From Bacillota bacterium (GTDB lineage: Bacteria > Bacillota > Clostridia > Christensenellales > Pumilibacteraceae): a DNA stretch of 64,000 nt. The DNA lies in NCBI GenBank assembly GCA_009777485.1, contig WRLT01000002.1:177968-241967 (forward strand). The letters are read 5' to 3'. The position numbers and the translations under genes are program-made. Under the pieces are notes generated by a model that was not told the DNA's origin, made no database searches, and saw nothing but the letters and a program-made list of their open reading frames with translations. Numbering within the stretch: position 1 is the first letter of the stretch; the number at the start of each line of letters is the position of its first letter. Shown here one piece after another: positions 1 through 9,837 of this stretch.

Positions 1-1
1 A

Positions 2-2902
2 AATCCAGTAGCTGGCACAGTTTTAGCTCATGCAAACAATGCGGTTAACGCATTAACAAATACCCATCCATTCAGCCAATTTGCCCACCTGATTACCGTA
101 TTTGTAATTCATGTTGAATCTGCAATCGCAGGGATTAATGGACATCTTGGCACAGTAGATGCGTCAGGAAATCATACCTCTGTTGGTATTAATCAAACTC
201 ATATAAGGCAATTAGCCGATGCTGTTGTTCCTCGCAGTGAACAAACAATGTTGCAAGTAATATCAAATGCAAAAAGCGGAACAGGCTATTCGCTTACGAA
301 TTGGCATGAACAACTTATTGTGAACATAGCTTCGACATCAATACGTAGGGATGCAAATCCAGCGGGCGGTAGCAATTCGGCATGGCCTAATGGAACAGCT
401 TGGCATGGGACAATAATACATGAATTTGGTCATTCATTCGGTATACTAGCGGACGAGCATGATGACAGAGATGAAAATGGCAAAGTAATAGCAACACGAG
501 ATAACAGGAGAGCAAACTCAACAGATGCGGCTGACGCAAATGTGAAATGGAATCATTGGGGCGGTTATGATAATGTTTTAGCAACGCCTACTCGGTTTGC
601 AGATGGTTGGGCTGTACCTGCTTTGGTAAGCGATACTTCTGGTGACAGCGGTTGCATTATGAGAGCATCTTGGGGAAATCGATATTTCTGCGGAGTCTGC
701 GCTGAAGAGCTTATGCGCCGAATGGGGATAGTTACGGGGTATATGCCCGATGTAAACGCGCTGGACTTTGCGGTAATTTCGCGCAGTATTGGCATTATAG
801 GGTTTAGAACATACACGGTAAGACTAATAAACACTAACCCTTTTGCGGCTATGGTTACCTACAACAGCCGAATGGCCTTCGGCAACCATGCTAGGGATTT
901 TACGAGTCTAGACCACTTAACCCACATTACAGTGCCTGCAAACGGCATAACGAATGTAGGTATTCAAGAGAATATCGGGGCAACACACATAACTATGAGC
1001 CTGCGCTTTGTAATCGGCCCCACCGAATTTAGAATGATTACCTACGCAGACGGTCTAACCCCTAATAGTAGCAATCCTCCGCAATACAATGTTTTAAATT
1101 TGGGCGTAGGGTTTAATGCCGTTAATTTAACCGCTACAACCGCAGAAATTACGGGCGCACGGGCTACGCCTGTCGGCAAGATTTATGTGCCGTATAGAAT
1201 AAACAATAGAGATGTTACCGCCATCGCCCCGTCCGCTTTTGCTAACCAAACCTCCCTTACCCACATATCAATCCCCGCAACCGTAACCTCCGTAGGCACA
1301 AACGCATTTGCCAATACCGCTATTTGGAACAATGCCGCCAACAACAGCATGGTGTATGCGGGTAATTGGGTAGTTGGGGTTAAGGGGCAAATAAGCGGTG
1401 CTGTTGGACTTGTTAATAACACAAGAGGAATAGGAGATTCTGCCTTTGCCAACCAAACCTCACGTTTCCCAATTAACATCCCCTCCACGGTAACATCGAT
1501 TGGGGACGGGAATTTAATTCGCGCTACGGATAACGGAGAAGTTTCTACAATGGCGGGCGGCGCGCCTGTAAGGGTTTCTGCGTGGGACAATGTGCCGACT
1601 GCGCCGTATATTAATGTTACAAGGGCTTTTGTAGATAACCTTCCTAGGTTTCCGCTTGACGGCACTACGGTTCATGACCATTTTGGGCATGTGTTTATCT
1701 TTGCGGGCGGCGCGCCGATACACGTAGATAACTGGGCAAATATCGGCGGAAGCAGGCCTTTTATCCGCGTAGACGGCGTTGCCCTAAGAACGCATACGGA
1801 GACGGGTCCGTTTAAACATGTCAGAGCGCATCCAGCGGACGGAACTGTTGTAAGGGTGCTTAACGGCAGTGCGTTTTCGTTTCTTGGCGGAGTTGCGTTG
1901 CCGTTGAACGGCGGTGCGCCCAATGCTACACTGGTAGATTTTGCGAGTATTCCGCATTTTACGGTGAGTCAACTATCTTTAAATCTGCGCACAGCAAGTA
2001 TAACGGGGATAACAAATTTGCCAAGCGTGCCCGTGGCACCGTTGAGCGAGGTTAGTATTCCTAGCGCAATCAATCTCAGCGGACAAGCACATACGGTTAC
2101 GGAGATAGGAATTTCTGCTTTCGCTAACCAAACCTCCCTTACCCAAATTACTATCCCTAGCAGTGTAGAAAGTATCGGGACATTGGCGTTTGACAGAGCA
2201 GGGTTGCATACAGTACATTTTGAAGGAAACAGCAAGCTGAAATCAATCGGCACAGCGGCGTTTCAAGATGCAAGCGCATTATCTTTGATTACAATTCCTG
2301 CAAGTGTTGAAAGTATAGGCACCTATGCCTTTCTTAGAAATACGTCTTTACAACATGTAACTTTTGAAAACGGAAGCAAATTAAGCACCATAGAATACGG
2401 CGCGTTTGCGAACTGTAGTCAACTCACCCAAATTAACATCCCTAACAGTGTAACGTCAATCGGGCTTGGTGCATTTTCGGGCTGTACTGCTTTAACTAGT
2501 ATAACGGTTCCTTTTGTGGGGCAAGCGCGTGATGCTGCAAGCAATTGGCATTTTGGCTATATATTCGGTTCTATTAGCCACAATTACTTTGTGCCGTCTT
2601 CGCTAAAAAGCATTACGGTTACGGACGGCACTATTTTTAAATTTCAAGCGTTTGAAGGTCTTTCAATAACAAGCGTAGTTATTCCTGCAAGCGTAACGCA
2701 TATTCAAGACGATGTGTTTAAAAACTGCAACGCTTTAGACGCTGTATACTACGGTGGCTTAAATGCGGCGCAATGGGCGGCAATCAATATGGGAAGCAAC
2801 GTCCTCCTCACAAACGCAACGCGTTATTATTTTTCTGCAACTCAACCAACAACGTCAGGAAACTTTTGGCGTTTTGTAGGCAGCACTCCTACCGCGTGGT
2901 AG
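2..2902 (+). CDS. Cell-surface protein, N-terminally truncated by the window edge. It has a zinc-metallopeptidase-like HExxH region (TIIHEFGHSFG) followed by BspA-type leucine-rich repeats.
   Basis: The reading frame stays open from base 2 with no stop before the listed ATG at 248. The HEFGH motif lies near nt 410. There are many repeats of the form L[TS]xIxIPxSVTSIGxxAF. The C-terminus (NATRYYFSATQPTTSGNFWRFVGSTPTAW) is nearly identical to that of the 41505..46856 ORF. Confidence 0.6.
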   Translation, partial: NPVAGTVLAHANNAVNALTNTHPFSQFAHLITVFVIHVESAIAGINGHLGTVDASGNHTSVGINQTHIRQLADAVVPRSEQTMLQVISNAKSGTGYSLTNWHEQLIVNIASTSIRRDANPAGGSNSAWPNGTAWHGTIIHEFGHSFGILADEHDDRDENGKVIATRDNRRANSTDAADANVKWNHWGGYDNVLATPTRFADGWAVPALVSDTSGDSGCIMRASWGNRYFCGVCAEELMRRMGIVTGYMPDVNALDFAVISRSIGIIGFRTYTVRLINTNPFAAMVTYNSRMAFGNHARDFTSLDHLTHITVPANGITNVGIQENIGATHITMSLRFVIGPTEFRMITYADGLTPNSSNPPQYNVLNLGVGFNAVNLTATTAEITGARATPVGKIYVPYRINNRDVTAIAPSAFANQTSLTHISIPATVTSVGTNAFANTAIWNNAANNSMVYAGNWVVGVKGQISGAVGLVNNTRGIGDSAFANQTSRFPINIPSTVTSIGDGNLIRATDNGEVSTMAGGAPVRVSAWDNVPTAPYINVTRAFVDNLPRFPLDGTTVHDHFGHVFIFAGGAPIHVDNWANIGGSRPFIRVDGVALRTHTETGPFKHVRAHPADGTVVRVLNGSAFSFLGGVALPLNGGAPNATLVDFASIPHFTVSQLSLNLRTASITGITNLPSVPVAPLSEVSIPSAINLSGQAHTVTEIGISAFANQTSLTQITIPSSVESIGTLAFDRAGLHTVHFEGNSKLKSIGTAAFQDASALSLITIPASVESIGTYAFLRNTSLQHVTFENGSKLSTIEYGAFANCSQLTQINIPNSVTSIGLGAFSGCTALTSITVPFVGQARDAASNWHFGYIFGSISHNYFVPSSLKSITVTDGTIFKFQAFEGLSITSVVIPASVTHIQDDVFKNCNALDAVYYGGLNAAQWAAINMGSNVLLTNATRYYFSATQPTTSGNFWRFVGSTPTAW

Positions 2903-2967
2903 AAATAATTAGGTAGAAATATTAAAGTTTCTGTTTCATTTGCTTGATTATTTGCAAGGGGATTTTC

Positions 2968-2997
2968 TTGACGGGGTGCCGTAGGCTATGCTACAAT
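2968..2997 (+). promoter_or_regulatory. Sigma-A-type promoter for hisS (TTGACG, 17 bp spacer, TACAAT)
   Basis: -35 TTGACG at 2968-2973 and -10 TACAAT at 2992-2997, upstream of the hisS ATG at 3004. Confidence 0.5.
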
Positions 2998-3003
2998 AGG
3001 GGT

Positions 3004-4299
3004 ATGTCAAAGCTTACTGAGCCGAAAACCTTGCAGGGCTTTATGGAATTGCTGCCCGACCGTCAAATATTGTTTAACCGTATGCGCGATACGATTTGCG
3101 GCGTGTACGAGCGGTTTGGATTTTTGCCCTTAGATACGCCTATTCTAGAATATTCTAGCGTGCTGTTGGCAAAGGCGGGCGGCGAAACCGAAAAGCAAAT
3201 TTACCGCTTTACAAAGGGCGATACGGATATGTCGCTGCGTTTTGATTTAACCGTTCCGCTTGCAAAATATGTGGCTAAAAATTATCATACGCTGGCTTTT
3301 CCGTTCCGCCGTTATCAAATAGGAAAGGTGTACCGCGGAGAGCGTCCGCAAAAGGGGCGGTTCCGCGAATTTTATCAGTGCGATATAGACGTGGTGGGCG
3401 ACGGGCAGTTATCCGTGCTTACCGATGCGGAGATGCCCGCCGTGATATATACGGTGTTTAAAGAATTAGGCTTTGAAAACTTTACGGTTCATATTGCTAA
3501 CCGCAAAATTATCAAGGGCTATTTGCAAGAAGCGGGGCTGACGGATAAGACGGCCGAGATTTCGGTTGTGCTGGATAAAATTAAAAAAATCGGTGCGGAA
3601 AAGGTAGCTGCGGAGCTTGCTGTTTTGGGTTTAAGTCAAGCGCAAATAAAGCCGCTTTTACAGCTAACCGCGCTAACGGGTGCGGATTTTGCCCGTTTTA
3701 GTTGCGTTGACGAAACGTTTAAAACGGGTGTGGCCGAATTGCAAACCGTTATCGACGGCATGAAGCGGTTTGGCGTTCCGGAAAAAAACTTTACCGTAGA
3801 CCTTTCGATTGTGCGCGGCTTAGATTATTACACCGGCACGGTGTACGAAACTTTTTTAGCGGGGCACGAAAATATAGGCAGTGTTTGTTCGGGCGGACGC
3901 TACGACAATTTAGCGGGCTATTACACCGATAAGCCGCTGCCGGGCGTAGGTATTTCAATCGGCTTAACGCGGCTTTTTGATAAGCTGGGCAGCGAAACGT
4001 CTGCTATTGCCCGCGCCGCGCAGGTGTTGGTAGTTTCGGCAGACGGCGCAATCGAGGCGTGTTTGCCCGTAGCCGCATCTTTTAGAGCGGCGGGCATTTC
4101 CGCGAGTGCTTATTTAGAGGACGCAAAGCTTAAAAACAAGTTTAAATACGCCGACCGATTAGGCATTCCGTTTATGGCGATTATCGGCGAAACCGAGCGG
4201 AAAAACGGCACGGTAACGCTTAAAAACCTTGCAAGCGGAGAGCAATTCGAGGGAATCACGGAAAATCAGGCGGCAATAAAGATAAAGGACGCACCATAA
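3004..4299 (+). CDS. hisS: Histidine--tRNA ligase
   Basis: Class II aaRS motifs and HisRS-like sequence (RFDLTVPLARY-like, GGRYD). The ATG at 3004 follows the promoter. The listed ORF start at 2944 has no RBS. Confidence 0.85.
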   Translation: MSKLTEPKTLQGFMELLPDRQILFNRMRDTICGVYERFGFLPLDTPILEYSSVLLAKAGGETEKQIYRFTKGDTDMSLRFDLTVPLAKYVAKNYHTLAFPFRRYQIGKVYRGERPQKGRFREFYQCDIDVVGDGQLSVLTDAEMPAVIYTVFKELGFENFTVHIANRKIIKGYLQEAGLTDKTAEISVVLDKIKKIGAEKVAAELAVLGLSQAQIKPLLQLTALTGADFARFSCVDETFKTGVAELQTVIDGMKRFGVPEKNFTVDLSIVRGLDYYTGTVYETFLAGHENIGSVCSGGRYDNLAGYYTDKPLPGVGISIGLTRLFDKLGSETSAIARAAQVLVVSADGAIEACLPVAASFRAAGISASAYLEDAKLKNKFKYADRLGIPFMAIIGETERKNGTVTLKNLASGEQFEGITENQAAIKIKDAP

Positions 4300-5012
4300 T
4301 GGCAACGGTACAATTTACAGACGTAACAAAAATTTATAAAACCGCCGATAAAAAAAAGAGCGTAGAAATTACCGCGCTAAACGGCCTTAGCTTTACGGTT
4401 GAAAGCGGCGAGTTTTGCGTGATTGTAGGCGAAAGCGGCAGCGGCAAAACTACGCTGTTAAATCTTTTGGGCGGCATGGATACCGTTACAAGCGGCGAGA
4501 TTTTGGTAGACGGGCGCGACATTGCAAAGCTTTCGGCAAAAGAGCTTACGCTGTATCGGCGCGGCGATGTGGGCTTTGTGTTTCAGTTTTATAACCTTAT
4601 GCCTAATCTTACCGCGCTTGAAAATGTAGAGCTGGCAACCGAAATTTGCAAAAACGCGTTAAAGCCCGCCGAGGTGTTAGACGGGGTGGGGCTGTCTGAG
4701 CGCAAGGCTAACTTTCCCGCACAGCTTTCAGGGGGCGAGCAGCAGCGCGTGTCGATTGCGCGGGCAATAGCTAAAAATCCTAAAATTTTGTTGTGCGACG
4801 AGCCGACGGGCGCGCTGGATTACGAAACGGGCAAGCGCATTTTAAAGCTGCTGCACGATTTGTGCCGCAAAGAAAAAAAGACGGTGATTGTGGTTACGCA
4901 CAACCGCGCCTTAACCGCTATGGCCGACCGCGTAATACATATCAAAAACGGCCGCGTAAAAAATTGCGAAATTATTCAAAGCCCCGCAGACATAGAAAAT
5001 TTAGAATGGTAG
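4299..5012 (+). CDS. ABC transporter ATP-binding protein of the MacB/LolD/FtsE type, with no adjacent permease gene
   Basis: Walker [10 protein letters not shown], signature LSGGEQQR, Walker [12 protein letters not shown]. Its start overlaps the hisS stop (ATAATG). Confidence 0.8.
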   Translation: MATVQFTDVTKIYKTADKKKSVEITALNGLSFTVESGEFCVIVGESGSGKTTLLNLLGGMDTVTSGEILVDGRDIAKLSAKELTLYRRGDVGFVFQFYNLMPNLTALENVELATEICKNALKPAEVLDGVGLSERKANFPAQLSGGEQQRVSIARAIAKNPKILLCDEPTGALDYETGKRILKLLHDLCRKEKKTVIVVTHNRALTAMADRVIHIKNGRVKNCEIIQSPADIENLEW

Positions 5013-5141
5013 CGGAATTTGTTGACAAAACAAAAAAAATAGTTCATAGTTAAAACAGCTTTTTAACACCTGCATACCGTACAAAGAGCGGCGAAAACAG
5101 CGACAACATTTTTTAGCAGTAAGCCTTGCGGAGGGGCGTTT

Positions 5142-6269
5142 ATGAAAAATTATTACAAAATATTAGGCGTAGACAAATCAGCCGAACAAGACGAAATCAG
5201 GGTTGCGTACCGCTTAAACGCAAAAAAATACCACCCCGATTTAAACCCCGGCAACGAAAGCTACCGCTTGCGTTTTATCGAAATTAAAAATGCGTATGAA
5301 ACGCTGTCTAAGCCCGACGAGCGCACGGCATACGACCGTGAGCTTATTAAGCACCTACTAGCCAGAGAAGAGGCGTTAAAGGCGCAGGCCTCCGCAGCGC
5401 AAGCGCAGCCTACGCGCCCTCAGCCGACGCCCGCGCCGCAGCCTTCTCAACCGCCTCCTCCTCCGCCTGCGTTTGATAAAAAGCAAGCCGAGCTTATGGA
5501 AATTCACCGCTTAGAGTTAAAGCTGGTGCGCGCCTCTGCGCAGGAAGAAATTTTAAAGTTTAAAAAAGCCGAAAAGCAAAAATTTGACGCGTTTAAAAAA
5601 GCCGTTGCGCAAGACCGCAAAAAGCTGCGCGACAACTACAATAAATCCTTAGATAAGTTTGTTAAAAATTTAAAAAAATTCCGCGAAAACATCAAAAAAA
5701 GCGAATACCACCGCGGCGTAAAGGACGGCATTCAATCGGCGCAAAATTCGGTTCAGGCAACGCAGGAGTTAAATAACGAGCTGCAAAAGCAAATCGAATT
5801 GTTAGACCGTCTGTCTAAGGCAGAGCAGGAAGACTGCGGTATTTGCGAAACAAAAATTGCCGAAGCCGTAGCCGTCGAGTCGGACGCGCTTAAATTAAAG
5901 ATTACGGCATACGAGCAAGAAATTAACGACTTAAACGAAGAAATTCTGCGTCTTACCGATGCGTTAAAGCTGTGGCAGGCGTCCGGCGTTTGCGGCGCGG
6001 CCAGCGATAAAGAGTTAGAAGAGGTTCAAGAGTTTGAAGAAGAGCAGCTGGATAATGCTAAGGGTACGTTGTACGGCGTGCTGGGCGTATATTTAAACGC
6101 GATTCCCGACGAAATTAAGGAAGCCTACGATTCGCTGCGCCTCCGCTACGAAAACGAGGAAACATACGCCGAGCGTTTTAAAGCCGTACAAGAAGCGTAC
6201 AGGGTACTTTCTAACCCGCAGCTTAAAGCGCAGTACGATAGCAGTATAGATAATGAGCACGATATATAA
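5142..6269 (+). CDS. J-domain protein. It has an N-terminal DnaJ domain with HPD, a Pro/Gln-rich linker, a coiled coil and a degenerate C-terminal J-like domain.
   Basis: N-terminus YYKILGVDKSAEQDEIRVAYRLNAKKYHPDLNP. A PQ-rich tract lies at nt 5400-5470. A heptad-rich region lies in the middle. The C-terminus is LYGVLGVYLNAIPDEIKEAYDSLRLRYENEE...AYRVLSNPQLKAQYD, with no HPD. Confidence 0.7.
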   Translation: MKNYYKILGVDKSAEQDEIRVAYRLNAKKYHPDLNPGNESYRLRFIEIKNAYETLSKPDERTAYDRELIKHLLAREEALKAQASAAQAQPTRPQPTPAPQPSQPPPPPPAFDKKQAELMEIHRLELKLVRASAQEEILKFKKAEKQKFDAFKKAVAQDRKKLRDNYNKSLDKFVKNLKKFRENIKKSEYHRGVKDGIQSAQNSVQATQELNNELQKQIELLDRLSKAEQEDCGICETKIAEAVAVESDALKLKITAYEQEINDLNEEILRLTDALKLWQASGVCGAASDKELEEVQEFEEEQLDNAKGTLYGVLGVYLNAIPDEIKEAYDSLRLRYENEETYAERFKAVQEAYRVLSNPQLKAQYDSSIDNEHDI

Positions 6270-6300
6270 CAAAAATTTTTTACATAGGCTTTAAAGATGT

Positions 6301-6329
6301 TTGACGTGCGGCGAAAAATTTGCTACAAT
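6301..6329 (+). promoter_or_regulatory. Promoter for tRNA-Ala (TTGACG ... TACAAT)
   Basis: TTGACG at 6301 and TACAAT at 6324-6329, about 13 nt upstream of the tRNA 5' end. Confidence 0.45.
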
Positions 6330-6342
6330 GCCTATGTAGTAT

Positions 6343-6418
6343 GGGCCCATAACTCAGCTGGTAGAGTGTTACAATGGCATTGTAAAAGTCAGGAGTTCGA
6401 ATCTCCTTGGGTCCACCA
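6343..6418 (+). tRNA. tRNA-Ala (anticodon GGC), with CCA encoded
   Basis: I folded the cloverleaf by hand. The acceptor stem is GGGCCCA/TGGGTCC with the G3:U70 alanine identity pair. The D-arm is ACTC..GAGT. The anticodon stem TTACA/TGTAA carries loop ATGGCAT (U33, GGC, A37). The T-arm is AGGAG-TTCGAAT-CTCCT. Confidence 0.85.
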
Positions 6419-6469
6419 GCAGCCTTGTTACGAATGTAACAAGGCTGCAATTATATTTTTCCTACGGAA

Positions 6470-6640
6470 AAGTGATATTCGCAAGCGAATGATATTATTT
6501 TCGCAGAAAATAATGATATTTGCTTGCGCAAATGAAGGTTGGAAGGAAAAATATAATATCATTCGAGCAAAGCGAGAATATCATTACGAAGTAATATACT
6601 TCGTGCTTCGTTCATTGCCGTAGGCAATATCATTCATAAA
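6470..6640. repeat. About 170 bp imperfect long palindrome. It has three direct AATGATATT motifs followed by three inverted AATATCATT motifs. It may be MITE-like or iteron/operator-like.
   Basis: The motif occurs at about 6472, 6492 and 6517 in forward orientation and at about 6556, 6578 and 6627 in reverse orientation. Flanking GCGAA/TTCGC-type bases are also mirrored. It sits immediately 3' of tRNA-Ala at the start of the AT-rich island. Confidence 0.45.
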
Positions 6641-6684
6641 CATTTCAACTTGACTTCCCACTCATTTTCTGCTATCATAAACCC

Positions 6685-7032
6685 ATGAAAGAAGCCAACC
6701 CTCTTGTAGACCTTTCAAAGGCATTCGCCGTAGAAATCATAAACCTTTGCGATAACATAAAAGCAAAGGCAGCTTTGGTTAACCAACTTATCCGTAGCGG
6801 CACATCTATCGGTGCAAATATTCGTGAAGCACAATACGCACACGGAAAGAATGATTTTATCGCAAAACTAGAAATTGCGCTTAAAGAATGCTACGAAACA
6901 GAATATTGGCTTGAATTGCTTTTTGAAACAAAATCCATTGATGAAACCACTTTCAAAGACCTGCAACAAAAGGCAGGTGCAATCCGTAGAATGCTAATAG
7001 CGAGTTGTAAAACTGCAAAGGAGAATAGGTGA
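6685..7032 (+). CDS. Four-helix-bundle protein (the family called 23S rRNA intervening-sequence protein)
   Basis: About 115 aa with the recognisable pattern of this family (…IRSGTSIGANIREAQ…, …ECYETEYWLEL…). The family is frequent in mobile and defence islands. Confidence 0.6.
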   Translation: MKEANPLVDLSKAFAVEIINLCDNIKAKAALVNQLIRSGTSIGANIREAQYAHGKNDFIAKLEIALKECYETEYWLELLFETKSIDETTFKDLQQKAGAIRRMLIASCKTAKENR

Positions 7033-7580
7033 TGGGTTTATTTGGTTTATTCAAAAGAAAAAATAAAAAAACCACAACTCAACAAAGCAAACAAAAGCGT
7101 ATTATTATTGATGACGCTTTTATTGATGGGGGTTGGGGAATGGAAATCATAGAACCTCTATGGTTTGGTGTGGATATTTATAACTCTGCTAAGGAATATG
7201 AGGCTGACTTAGAGTCGTTTACACTTGCACAGCGATATGTTTTTGCGATTGAATGGTACAATGCGGAAGTGAATAATGGAGGACATAGTCAGTTTTATAC
7301 AAACTCCACAGGGATTGTTTGGGAAGATGCGATGAATGGATTTAAAGCTATCGGGGCAGATAAGCATTATGAGTTAATTAAGGAATCTGCCAAAAGAATG
7401 GGCGGCAACCCAAGTAAAACCAGAAATGAGCGCGAGGAAGAATATGAAAAGCACGACCCTGATTTTGAGGATTTAGATAATAAGTTTTATGAGTTGGAAA
7501 ACGAATTAGAGGACGCTATTAAAAAATATGTTCGCAGCAACAGAGAGTTATTCTACTTTGATGGATTTATAAAAATCTAA
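7029..7580 (+). CDS. DUF4375/DMP19-like protein (a possible DNA-mimic family), Lys-rich N-terminus
   Basis: It has an NNGGHSQFYTNS-type motif (compare the NGG..QFF core of DUF4375) and an acidic C-terminal half. Its ATGA start is coupled to the upstream gene. Confidence 0.35.
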   Translation: MMGLFGLFKRKNKKTTTQQSKQKRIIIDDAFIDGGWGMEIIEPLWFGVDIYNSAKEYEADLESFTLAQRYVFAIEWYNAEVNNGGHSQFYTNSTGIVWEDAMNGFKAIGADKHYELIKESAKRMGGNPSKTRNEREEEYEKHDPDFEDLDNKFYELENELEDAIKKYVRSNRELFYFDGFIKI

Positions 7581-7980
7581 CTTTTTATCCACTGCGTGTT
7601 GACCACAAAATAGCCGAGAAATAAAGGGTTTTGTGGGTCAAAATGACAATTCACTCACATTGTGAAAAATAAAAAAATAAAAGGAGTTTGAAAAATCAAA
7701 ACTGATGTTGAAACGAGCCGAAAGGTTCGTTTTTGTTTACAATTTGCGACCACCACGAAAGCCACCAAAACGGTAAGACAAAAGGTGGTGCGGCAGAGCG
7801 AGGGACAAGCCCTCTCGCTCCACCGCACGCACCCGCCTTTTTTTGCCCTTGTCGTTTTTTTGGTGTGCTTTTTGTCGTGGGTGTTTGCACGCAAACATCT
7901 TGGCGTTCTCTAAAATAATTTTGCTATACCACCCCAAAGGACTTGTCAAGTCCACTCTGTTTATGATATAAATATATAGA

Positions 7981-9837
7981 ATGAGATTTTTGGGGAACAA
8001 AACACGAATGTTGGAAAACATAAAAAAGGTTATTGACGACAATAAAATTGACGGCAATACTTTTTGCGATTTGTTTGCAGGGTCAAGTTGTGTTGGTGAT
8101 TTTTTCAAAGGAAAATATACTATCATATCCAATGAATACCTTTATTGTTTAAGCGTTATTAGTAGGGCAAAATTAAACAATAGCGAAACACCGAAGTTTG
8201 CTAATTTTAGAAAATCATACGGAACAGACCCATTCTCTTTTTTTAATAGCAAAAAATATGTCGCAGATAATCAATATTTTATTACACACAATTATTCACC
8301 CAAAGGGAATAGGATGTTTTTTACCGAAGATAATGCAACAAAGATTGACGGGATAAGAATTGATTTAGAGCAAATGTATCGTGATTTGATTTTTGATTTG
8401 AAAGAGTATAATTTTTTATTGGCTTCACTACTTGAAAGCGTTATGGGTGTATCAAACACAACAGGGACATATGAAGCATATTTGAAGCATTGGGATAATA
8501 GAGCATTAAAAACATTTACTATTGCCCCACTTGTATTGAATAAACCAAATGCTATAAATGAGAATGTAATTCACAATGAAGACAGCAATGCTTTATTGCG
8601 AAAAATACAAGGCGACATTCTCTACATAGACCCACCTTATACAGTTACGGAATATAACTCCGCATATCATCTGCTTGAAAGTATAGCCAAATATGATTAC
8701 CCAATAGTTAATGGGATTACAGGTCGCAGAAAAGATGAGAATAATAAATCAAAATATACACGAAAAGAGCAAGCATTAAAAAACTTTGAAGATTTATTTA
8801 GGCAAGCACAATTCAAACATATTCTCGTCAGTTATAGCAATCAAGGACTTGTATCGGTTAAAGAACTTGAAAACCTTGCCAAACGATTCGCCATAAACAA
8901 TGAAGTAAAGATTTTTGAGTTTCCGTTTAGAGAATATAAAAATATACGCACAAGTCAAAAAGGCGATGACTTAAAAGAAATTATACTGTATTTCAAAAAA
9001 GATAATGAAGTTATTAAATCGCCATTAAATTATACGGGCAGTAAATATAGTATCATTGACGAAATTGTTAAAATTTTGCCAAAACATATATCAACCTTTG
9101 TTGATGTTATGGGCGGTGCCTTTAATGTTGGTGTGAACATAGTCGCCGAGAGAGTGATTTACAATGAGTATTTGCCACATACATTTGAACTTATTAAGTT
9201 TTTGTTAAAGGACAGCAAGAAAGAACTTATTGATAAGATTTCAAAAATTGTTGCAAACTATTCATTGAAGAAAACCGAAAAAGAACCGTATTTGAAATTA
9301 AGGGAAGATTACAACAAAGAAAAAGATATATATAAACTTTTTGTTTTGCATATGTATTGTTTCCAAAATCAAATGAGATTTAATTCAAGTTTAGAGTTTA
9401 ATTCGCCTGTGGGTAATTGTTCATACAATGAAACGATAAATGAACGCATTAACCTTTTTATTCCAAAAACGAAAGATTATGAGTTGATAAACAAATCGTA
9501 TGAATTGCTAGATATAAACAAGTTTGATAAAGACACAGTTTTTTATTTTGACCCACCATATTTTATAACAAGTGCAACATACAATGACGGCAAGCGTGGT
9601 TTTGTCGGTTGGGACGCAAATGAAGAAACAAAACTTATGGATTTTATTGTAAACTTGCATAAAAAAGGATATAAGTTTATATTGTCAAATGTTATGACAC
9701 ATGGCGATTTAGTAAATAACATTTTACAAGAAGTAGTGAGAACACATAGTTTTTTTGTAAGACCCATATATGATGTTGGCTCGAAAAATAGTCGTGACGA
9801 AATAGTTGTCAGTAATTTTGATTGGAGAAAAAGTTAA
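7981..9837 (+). CDS. Fused tandem Dam-like (D12 class) N6-adenine DNA methyltransferase, M.FokI/M.LlaI-like, probably the Type IIS modification subunit
   Basis: It has two complete domains. Each has an FxGxG AdoMet motif (FCDLFAGSSCVG and FVDVMGGAFNVGVN) and a DPPY catalytic motif (LYIDPPYTV and FYFDPPYFI). The gene is AT-rich relative to the chromosome. Confidence 0.75.
   Translation: MRFLGNKTRMLENIKKVIDDNKIDGNTFCDLFAGSSCVGDFFKGKYTIISNEYLYCLSVISRAKLNNSETPKFANFRKSYGTDPFSFFNSKKYVADNQYFITHNYSPKGNRMFFTEDNATKIDGIRIDLEQMYRDLIFDLKEYNFLLASLLESVMGVSNTTGTYEAYLKHWDNRALKTFTIAPLVLNKPNAINENVIHNEDSNALLRKIQGDILYIDPPYTVTEYNSAYHLLESIAKYDYPIVNGITGRRKDENNKSKYTRKEQALKNFEDLFRQAQFKHILVSYSNQGLVSVKELENLAKRFAINNEVKIFEFPFREYKNIRTSQKGDDLKEIILYFKKDNEVIKSPLNYTGSKYSIIDEIVKILPKHISTFVDVMGGAFNVGVNIVAERVIYNEYLPHTFELIKFLLKDSKKELIDKISKIVANYSLKKTEKEPYLKLREDYNKEKDIYKLFVLHMYCFQNQMRFNSSLEFNSPVGNCSYNETINERINLFIPKTKDYELINKSYELLDINKFDKDTVFYFDPPYFITSATYNDGKRGFVGWDANEETKLMDFIVNLHKKGYKFILSNVMTHGDLVNNILQEVVRTHSFFVRPIYDVGSKNSRDEIVVSNFDWRKS

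Noticed and set aside
6297-6623. 108-aa ORF predicted on the + strand
   Set aside because: It overlaps the tRNA-Ala gene and the non-coding palindromic repeat array. It has no RBS, and its composition is that of translated RNA or repeat sequence.
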